A DNA stretch of 64,000 nt from contig JASTWF010000033.1 of the NCBI GenBank assembly GCA_030390025.1, forward strand, positions 2,234,001 to 2,298,000, in the 5' to 3' direction. Position 1 is the stretch's first letter. Each line of letters starts with the position of its first letter. A program made the translations under genes and the position numbers. This document shows, in pieces, positions 56,380 to 64,000 of this stretch. The stretch comes from Squalus acanthias (Eukaryota). A model generated the notes under the pieces. That model saw only the letters and a list, made by a program, of their open reading frames with translations, searched no databases and was not told the origin of the DNA.

Positions 56380-57565
56380 ATGGCGGCGGGCGAGGAACCA
56401 GATTGGGGCCCGCCAGGATCCATGAGTCGGCTCTACGCCGAGGACAAAAAGGGTTTCATTGATCAAATGAGGAAAGATGGGTGGGATCCGTTGGAAAAAC
56501 CCCTGGCGCAACAGGAGTGGTGGGAGAAGTAAAAACATACGAAAACTAGAAAGGCAGGAGTAATTTTGACACATCAGTTGATAATGTTGACAAAAAGGTT
56601 CTGACACAAACTATTAAGAAAATAGACAAGAAAGGAAAATAGCCGAGTTAGAAAGCACACTAGAACGGATAGAATTGACAGATAGAGGAAATAGACAAGG
56701 AAAGAAAATAGTGGAGTTAGAAAGCACACTAGAACGGATAGAATTGACAGATAGAGGAAATAGACATGGAAAGAAAATAGCCGCGTTAGAAAGCACACTA
56801 GAACGAATGGAAAAGACAGATAAAGGGAACAGAAATGATGAGGATAAAGAAAGGCCCCCACCGTATGCCTCGGCCCAAATCGAAATTAAAGGGGACATTC
56901 CGGTAGTACCGATGGCACCCGTATTACACCACCAGAGGGCAGCACAAGATCAATACCGGGCTTTCACGCCTCTTGAAAAACAAGCCATTCTCAAAGATTT
57001 GGTAACCCTCAAACCTCGTAGCCAGAACGCAGAGTTCTGGAGAAATCTAGAGGGAATGTGGGACATCCACGATTTACATTGTAGGGACATCCACCAGTTA
57101 GTTAGGGTAAGATGCCCAGCTGACAAGTGGAGAACTATAAACCCCGCTGCAGGCATGCAGGATGGAAAGTGGGCTGATGTAGTACCTCCGAGTGCCGGAC
57201 GGGCGGTGCAATGGGCAGCATATGGACCCTTTAAGACCGCAGTAGAAACAGCACTTGGGGGTCCTACTATAAATTGGGGAAAAATGCAATCAGTAAGGGG
57301 TAGCAGCAGGGCGGGGCGGGGGGGGCATCGCAACCGTACAAGCGGATTCAGGGGAGCTGTTATAGTTGTGGAAAGATGGGACATAGGGCAAAGGATTGCA
57401 GAGGTGGAAAGAAAGGGGGATGTGACTATTGTGGTAAGCTAGGACACCAGATTTACAAATGCTGGAAGAAAGGAGAGGTGCACCAGATACAGGGCACTTA
57501 TTTTAGTCCGGAGGAATAGAAGGGACTTTATGGAGTACCTCAAGTCAAAGGGGAAGAGTCAATGA
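56380..57565 (+). pseudogene. gag: ERV gag, disrupted by stops, frameshifts and probably an internal capsid deletion
   Basis: ATG 56380 MAAGEEPDWGPPGS; three 69-bp repeats; PPPY late domain 56855-56866; two CCHC knuckles CYSCGKMGHRAKDC (57358-57399) and CDYCGKLGHQIYKC (57421-57462); ends CAA TGA at 57563-57565. Confidence 0.88.
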
Positions 57566-57697
57566 CGGGAGGCGGCCCCATTAAAAGGAGGCTCGGATAA
57601 CCGAGTCTACATTGCAGCATTATTAGGGGGCCAATCGTGTTAAATGCTAGTTGATACAGGAGCATCAGTATCTTTAACTGATTTGCCCCGTCCGACA
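57566..57697 (+). pseudogene. pro: ERV aspartic protease, N-terminal part
   Basis: In frame after the gag TGA: REAAPLKGGSDNRVYIAALLGGQSC*MLVDTGASVSLTDLP, with catalytic DTG at 57653-57661. Confidence 0.85.
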
Positions 57698-57884
57698 AAC
57701 CAAAGATAAAGAAGGAAAAAATCTAATTTGCAGGCTAACCAATCTGAAAACTCAGCTTAGACAAAAAAAAAGGATTTGGAAAGTCAGGAAAGCTGCTGAG
57801 ACACCTATGTAAAAAGAAAAAAGAGAGAAATTTAAAGTTTTACCAACATGGAAGTTATTAAAGTCTGTGCCGAGACAAATAAAA

Positions 57885-58751
57885 TACGATAGCAAAATAC
57901 TGCGGATGCTGGAAATCCGAAATAACAACAGAAAACGCTGGAAAAACTCAGCGGGCCAGACAACATCCGTGGAGAGAGAAAGAGTTAACGTTTCAGGTCG
58001 ATGACCTTTCGTCAGAACTGGGAAGAGCCGGAAATCAAATAGATTTAAGGCCAGGGTAAAGTTGGGAAAAGGGGGAAGGGATAAAGTAACAAAGGTGAAG
58101 ATGAAGAGACATTAAGAGACATTAAGAGATATGCAAGGCTAGAGGTGGTGTTAATGTGACAGATTAAGGCTGAAAGAAGTGTAAAATCCACTGGCAGAAT
58201 GAAGGACAGCTGCCAGCTTCTAGGAGGAAAAAAAAGGTGGGTGGGGGGCAAATAAAAGGGTGGAAAAAATAAAATATAAATGTGATTGGAGCTGAGGTTA
58301 TGATCTAAAATTGTTGAACTCGATATTGAGTCCAGAGGGCTGTAGCGTGCCTAAACGAAAGATGAGGTGCTGTTCCTCGAGCTTACGCTGCGCTTCCGTG
58401 GAACAGTGTAATAGGCCGAGGATGGTGAGGTCAGAGTGGGAGTGAAGCGGTGAATTAAAGTGACAGGCGACCGGGAGCTCGGGGTCCCCCTTACGGACTG
58501 AACGGAGGTGTTCCGCAAAGCGGTCACCCAATCTGCGTCTGGTCTCCCCAATGTCGAGGAGACCACATCGTGAGCAGCGAATACAGTATACTAAATTGCA
58601 GGAAGTACAAGTACAAATCGCTGTTTCACCTGGAAGGGGTGTTTGGGGCCCTGGACAGCGGGAAGAGGGGAGGTATAAGGGCATGTGTTGCATCTCCTGC
58701 GCGTGCACGGGAACGTGCCGGGCGAAGGGGAAGGGGTGCTGGGGGTGGTAG
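57885..58751 (-). mobile_element. Penelope-like element 3' fragment inserted into the ERV
   Basis: GIY-YIG endonuclease ORF 58298-58708 (NLVYCIRCSRCGLLDIGETRRRLGDRFAEH...HFN...GLN); flanked by AATAAAA direct repeats (57878-57884, 58752-58758). Confidence 0.92.
57983..58019 (-). ncRNA. Minimal type I hammerhead ribozyme of the Penelope element
   Basis: Minus strand AGTT-CTGACGA-A-AGGTC-ATC-GACCT-GAAA-CGTT-AACT: intact CUGANGA and GAAA cores, stem II AGGTC/GACCT, stem I AGTT/AACT, palindromic AACGTT in place of stem III. Confidence 0.8.
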
Positions 58752-59299
58752 AATAAAACACAAGATTTGTTGAGTGAAAGGAATCTTAAAAGGAATGTTG
58801 GGATCTAAGTTTGTGTGAAAGTGTATGTTAAAGTGAGTAGGGTTACCTTACTTTGAATGTTTAAGGAGTTGCAGTATTTATTTAGTCTGAAAGTCTGTCT
58901 TTAAAAAGGTGTCTGTCATTTTTGTTTTAGCTCCACCCACTCTTTTGTACAGAGAGCTATAAGCTGTTTAACCCTTTGAAGACTTGTTTTGAATGATGGA
59001 CAAGCGTGTGTTGTTTTAAGTTTGTTAATTGTTTTACAAAAGATAAGCTTCAGCCTTGAAGTCACAGTTGCCAATGTGCCTGGAAGAAAATGAATTTGAA
59101 TGTTTACAAGACATGGGCAATTGTTTCTTTGTTAATGTGGCTACGGTTTCTTTCTTTTCCAAGTGATACTGGTTAGTTTAAAAAAAAATGATCTGGATTG
59201 AATTGGAGTTATTGAGGTTAATTAACCTATTAAAACCAGACTTTCATTGTGGCCACGGTGAAATTCTGATTGGTGTAAATTTGTGCAGACCACTTTGAA

Positions 59300-59915
59300 T
59301 AAGATATTTAATGGCCTGAAACCAGACTTTAAAATATTTACAGTCTTGGATACAGAACGGGTTCTGGTCCATACCATTGGCAGAGGAATCACAAGGGAAA
59401 TCGCCTTTACTGTCGGGGATAGACAGTATACCTGAACCAGCGTCCCGCAGGGGTTCCACAATTGTCCAAATATATACCACCATGTACTGAGTCAAGCCTT
59501 AGACGAGTTAAACCTATCAAAGTATCAGAGTGCCCTACTCCAAGATGTCGATGACATAATGATTGCATCAGAGGATGCCAAAGGACCTATGGCAGCATTA
59601 CACTTAAGAAAGCTGGCTTTAAATTGAACCCAAAAAGGCACAGGTTGGACTGTCCAAAGTAAAGTATCGAGGACACGAAATTAGCCAGGGGTATAAGGCA
59701 CTCCTGCAGAAACAAAAGGCAGCCATAAAGACATGCCAAGGCCAGAGACCGTCCGGGGAGTGAGGAAAATGTTGGGACTGTTTAACTACTGCAGGAATTT
59801 TATATCAGACTTTGCAAGGGAAAGCAGAGCCGATTCAACGGTTAGTTAAAGAGGCATCCAGTAGCGAAGGCAATGCCACGATGTGTGGCTGCAATAGATT
59901 GTGCCACACGAATTG
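59300..59915 (+). pseudogene. pol: ERV reverse transcriptase and a connection-domain fragment, multiply frameshifted
   Basis: Manual reconstruction across frameshifts: IFTVLD..NGFWSIPLAEESQGK.AFTVGDRQYT*TSVPQG.HNCPNIYHHVLSQAL...LLQDVDDIMIAS (YVDD mutated, 59544-59555)...KAGFKLNPK..QVGLSKVKY.GHEI...MPRPETVRGVRKMLGLFNYCRNFISDFA, then HPVAKAMPRCVAAIDCA. Confidence 0.92.
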
Positions 59916-60163
59916 AAAAAAAAAACTTTGAACTACAATTTAAGTTAAGCTGGTGGGTAAACTGAGAAGAACAACAAAACGTTTGTTTAACAAAAGATTA
60001 AGTTTCGGTCTAAGATTTAACCTTGGAGTACGGTTGCTATGGTGAAATCTTCCAAAGGAGTTTGATTTGATTTGCTTAAATGTGAAAACTAATTTTTCTC
60101 CAGTTATATTCAATGTTTTTACAGTATTTTGGAAAGGCATCTGAAGAAAGGATAATAAGAAAT

Positions 60164-60631
60164 ATGATGTAACAGAGCGTGGGGAAAACCAGTACGAATC
60201 CAGTATGAGGTGATTTTGGTGGTGCCTCCTGTGTCACCACTACCGCAATTACCATGCTTTATGGGTCTAACAGGACCTGTCCCATCAACCAAAACGTTTT
60301 AAAGTATGAGCTACACAATTATGTGGCACAATTCGGATACTACATTCCCCTGTTGTCTAAGGGTACCAGTGAGCTCATGATGCGACTGAACTCCTCCCTA
60401 AAGCATTTTTATGTTTTGGAGGAAGACAACTCGAGAATAGATATTGAAATTGACAGCATAGAGGACAACTCACACTGGTGGGATATTGGGCTTAATATAT
60501 CAGCACACCCTTAGATTTGTATTATTTCACACGATTTGGTAATTCTCCAACTTGTAATGATAGTGTATTTGATATATGTAACCTATGTAGTAAGATACAT
60601 AAGCCAATTGGGTACTCATGCCTATGACTAA
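60164..60631 (+). pseudogene. Putative env1 remnant: C-terminal part of a type I membrane glycoprotein, F-protein-like
   Basis: One frame with three internal stops: ...DFGGASCVTTTAITMLYGSNRTCPINQ...TSELMMRLNSSLKHFYVLEEDNSRIDIEIDSIEDNSHWWDIGLNISAHP*ICIISHDLVILQLVMIVYLIYVTYVVRYISQLGTHAYD*. Shows N-glycosylation sequons (NRT, NSS, NIS), a heptad-like helix, a WW membrane-proximal motif, a hydrophobic TM segment and a short tail. Confidence 0.6.
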
Positions 60632-60770
60632 CCAGTACCAACAAATTAATTGAGCACACCGAAAGAGAAGATCCAAAGTAATATAGAGGAGACCCCAGGC
60701 GGGCTAACATCAGGAAAGATAGAAGAAACAGAGGATACCCCAGGCGGGGCAGAATTGGAACACCGGAACA

Positions 60771-61599
60771 ATGAATTGAATTTGAGTAAGGGGATTGGTC
60801 TGGGCATTATGCATCATTCTGGTTTGCTTCACATTGGGTTGGAGTAAATGCGAGCAGAAATATGAATTAAAGGTGACCAGGAGTGGGTACGGTGGTGCAA
60901 CCTTCACGTATGGGACGTGGAATCTTGGTACAATTCCAAACATGACCAGTGCGGTGCCATGGAAAGGTAAAATCATGATAATGAATAACATATGGAGTAG
61001 GTATGAAGCCTATAATAACACTTACTTCATTGGGGTATGTCGTGCCCGTTGTACATCACTGCCTAAACCTCAAGGAACACCCAACCTATCGTTATAAACG
61101 AGAAATTAATGAGGCTGAAAGATACTTCGCGATCTATCTACCCCCATACGGAGTCGCGAGAGCTATTAAAGAGATACGGTTGTTGGCAGAGGTTTTAGAA
61201 CAGGTTGGGAATGATACAGCAGAATCTCTAATAGACATTAACGCCGAGATGGTAGCGATAAGGACAGTGACGCTACAGAACCGAATGGCACTTGATTACC
61301 TCCTAGAAGAAAAAGGGGGAACGTGTGCATTGATTGGGACAGAGTGCTGTACATGCATTCCTGACAGTTCAGAAAATATAACTAATTTGGCAGAACACAT
61401 CCAGGAGGAAGTAAAGAAATTAAAACAACCTCCGGCATCCACCCTTTGGGGCTGGGCAACTGGATGGTTGGGATCACTCGGGACATCAGTAGTACAAGGA
61501 TTGATTTTGTTCTTTGTTCTAATATTAATGATGTATGGTCTGGTCCTATTGTTAAGATGTTGTTGCGCTCAAATGTCACGGCCTGCTGTAAGTTCATGA
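60771..61599 (+). pseudogene. env: env2: gamma-type envelope (signal peptide, largely deleted SU, intact TM subunit)
   Basis: MN*I*VRGLVWALCIILVCFTLGWS signal peptide; frameshift near 61020; furin site RYKR; immunosuppressive domain LQNRMALDYLL; CX6CC (CALIGTECC); W-rich MPER; TM segment and RCCC tail. Confidence 0.93.
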
Positions 61600-61785
61600 T
61601 GGTAAATCAAGTGACACCCAGAGAGAGAGATCTATGGATATGACTCCCTATACAAGAATGTCACAGTCTGACTGATGGACTGTGAGCTCCTGCAATGTAA
61701 ACAAATCTACTTACATTACCAGAAATCCGTATGATGCTGGTTCCCTGTCGCAAAGGAGTTTTGATCAGGGACCAACATGAGGAAT

Positions 61786-62267
61786 TGTAGGAGTAAAAGT
61801 TTATTATACGGTTTTTAAAAAGAAATGTAAATTAAAGAATGTGCCGTAAGAGGTAAATTCGTAAATAGAGAATGGTTTCGCTGACAGTGCGATGAGTAAT
61901 GTCTGTGGTCAACATTGAGGCCCACCAAGGAGGCCACCAAGGCAATAATATTACAACGATTGCACAATCACCGCATCAACAGCTTGTCCGAATGTACAGA
62001 TGTGAGGCAAACCGCTATGCTTGTAGTTTCGGTAGGGAAGTAACATTTGATCCGAACGTACATATTATAATTAGAAGTCTGTTGCTAAGGCCATGTGATT
62101 GGATGAATAATGTATAATAGGAATCTCATACCACTGTAATTTCGAGAAGAAGCAAGTCACAAGACTGCGGAGTTTATGGCATCTTCTCCCAGAGATCTCT
62201 GAATATTAATAAACTGTTTGCTTGTAACTATCAACACAGACTGGAGTGAAGTAATTTCTCCACAACA
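61786..62267 (+). repeat. 3' LTR
   Basis: TGTAGGAG...CTCCACAACA, colinear with the 5' LTR; AATAAA 62208-62213; preceded by a decayed polypurine tract (acatgaggaat). Confidence 0.95.
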
Positions 62268-62301
62268 ACACCTACCATGATTGGATTGGGAGTGATTTAA
62301 A

Positions 62302-62400
62302 TAGAAGAATGAGCGGGGATTTCATCGAAACATATAAAATTCTTACGGGTCTGGACAAACTAGATGCAGGAAGAATGTTCCCGATGGTCGAAGAGTCCAG
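62302..62400 (+). mobile_element. Short CR1 ORF2 fragment
   Basis: RRMSGDFIETYKILTGLDKLDAGRMFPMVEES. Confidence 0.8.
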
Positions 62401-62519
62401 ATTCTTACCTGTATGTACCTGAAACACCACTTTCAAAAGGGGAATGAATGTTTGGGTTTTTAGTTTAGGTAATACAGGGGAAGGTTGGTTTTCGGGGATC
62501 GGAAATTTTGCTCACCTGT

Positions 62520-64000
62520 TAATGATACTAATTCAGTGTTAGTATCAAAGTGGGGGATGTTGGCTTCGCAAAATCCCCCAGAAACTCGAACAGAGCCCTA
62601 AAGGGAGTGATTTTTGAACTTTTCATACAAACTTGGGATGATGGGGCCTTAGTGAAGTGATTTGATGTAAAAACCTAAAGATCAGGGAAGAAAAACCTGA
62701 GGAAACTGATTTTTTTTAAATCTTATTGTTGGGAGAGACATTTTTTCACAGACACAAGCTGCGAGGGGCGTGGCCGGTCAGTGAACAGATCAAGCTGTCT
62801 GGGAATTGTTTGAGACAAAGCAAAACTCACAAACACATTCAAATATGGATCCCCAGGGGCAAACAAGATGCTGGAAATCTAAAAACGATTCAATGACAAT
62901 ATAACTTCGATCACACAGTTTCATAGCCATTATCCCATCAAAAAAACCAATCAGCCAGTTATCCACAGAACAGATTTAAAAGACCGCCAACAGAAGGACA
63001 ATAGGGTGGAGAATTGGCGCGTAGATAAGGCTGTGTTTAACTCGGAAAACGATTAACACTAAGCAAAAACCATTGGAACTGGCGAGCCCGCCAAAAACTA
63101 GACAATTGGACTAAGCAAGGTTTATTTACAATCAAAAACGAATTCGTTTTAGTCAGGGGTTTTTGGGCGCGAAAAAGAAACAGTATAATTTGAGAGCCTG
63201 TGCCATCATGTCTCTCTCTTTCGGACTGACTGACGACGCGGACACAGCTCTCTCCCTGCTCCAGCAAAACTTACCACAAGCCACGAGGAAGAAGGCCAGA
63301 AGATCAGCACGCAAGAAGAAACCAGAGCGACTGCCTCAGTGACCATCAGACACCTCGCAGCAACAAGGGCCTTACGGAGTCCTTTTAAACAAAAGACTCT
63401 AATATCCTGTCAAGGATTCGTTGGTGAGCATTATCCCTGATCTCCTGAAACCAAAAACCTAGCCAGATAGTGGGATCTTTGGGAGGGATAAGGTTTTGTT
63501 TGATATATTGTCATTTCCCTCGCTTGCACCGTGTGTTCCCCGAATCTGTGTTTAAGTAATAAGTGTGTTTCAAGTTTGTTACTTTTTTCTTTTAATAAAG
63601 TAAAATTCTTTCATCAGAACCTGTATACTGCAATTTTGCTCACAACCCGGGCAAGGCGGTGGCATAGTGGTTAGCATTAGAGCCGGGTTCGAAACCGGCC
63701 CCGGGTGACTGTCTGTGTGGAGTGTGCGCATTCTCCCTGTGTCTGCGTGGGTTTCCTCCGGGTGCTCCTGTTTTATCCCACAGTCCAAAGATGTGCGGGT
63801 TAGGTAGATTTGGCTATGATAAATTGACCCTTAGTGTTGGGGGGATTAAATACGTGGGGTAACGGGGATAGGGTGGGATATGTGTCTGTGCAGGCTCGAT
63901 GGGCCGAAATGGCCTCTATCTGCACTGTGGGGCTTCTGTGACTCGGTGAACCCCTAAATAAGCCCATAGTCTAGAAACCGGAGGGGTGTTGGAGCGATTC
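62520..64000 (+). mobile_element. Possible LTR-like sequence interrupted by the HE1 SINE; boundaries uncertain
   Basis: TATA-like tataattt near 63184, CT-rich then CpG-rich R-like segment, AATAAA near 63594; no coding signal. Confidence 0.3.
63649..63941 (+). mobile_element. HE1-like V-SINE
   Basis: tRNA head (tggcatagtggttagca; gggttcgaaacc), V-domain gtgtggagt...ttctccctgtgtctgcgtgggtttcctccgggtgctcc...cccacagtccaaagatgtgc, and CR1-derived tail gatgggccgaaatggcctc. Confidence 0.9.

Larger units (their letters stand above)
55251..62267 (+). mobile_element. Defective endogenous retrovirus: LTR-PBS(Ser)-gag-pro-partial pol-env1 remnant-env2-LTR
   Basis: Two LTRs of about 480 bp with TG...CA ends, a PBS, and gag/PR/RT/env motifs in retroviral order; possible 4-bp TSD GCAC/ACAC with one mismatch; integrase and most of RNase H not seen. 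Confidence 0.95.

Noticed and set aside
56574..56898. Hydrophobic minus-strand ORFs that look like membrane proteins
   Set aside because: They are the antisense of the purine-rich 69-bp gag repeats.
63649..63710. tRNA gene (also at 37403 and 37667)
   Set aside because: A/B-box heads run into SINE bodies and do not form full cloverleaves.

Overview
Vertebrate genomic DNA, very probably from a cartilaginous fish (HE1-type V-SINE, Deu-type SINE, shark-style CR1/L2/Penelope elements). Bases 1-35530 are a nearly pure 18-bp tandem array (ACAGCACTTCAATCTAAT)n of about 1970 copies. It appears to lie in intron 1 of a minus-strand GPR139-like GPCR gene, whose first coding exon (35598-35664) and TATA box sit just to its right. 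A second, G-rich 16-bp satellite fills about 37946-47631. The rest is nested retroelement debris. The most interesting part is a 7-kb defective endogenous retrovirus (55251-62267). It has paired LTRs, a perfect tRNA-Ser PBS, a gag with two zinc knuckles, a readthrough-type gag-pro junction and a foamy/lokiretrovirus-like RT. It appears to carry two envelope genes of different classes in tandem: a pneumovirus/paramyxovirus F-like remnant followed by a gamma-type env. The long ORFs in the supplied track over the two satellites are repeat artefacts. All family assignments are by eye; no searches were run.
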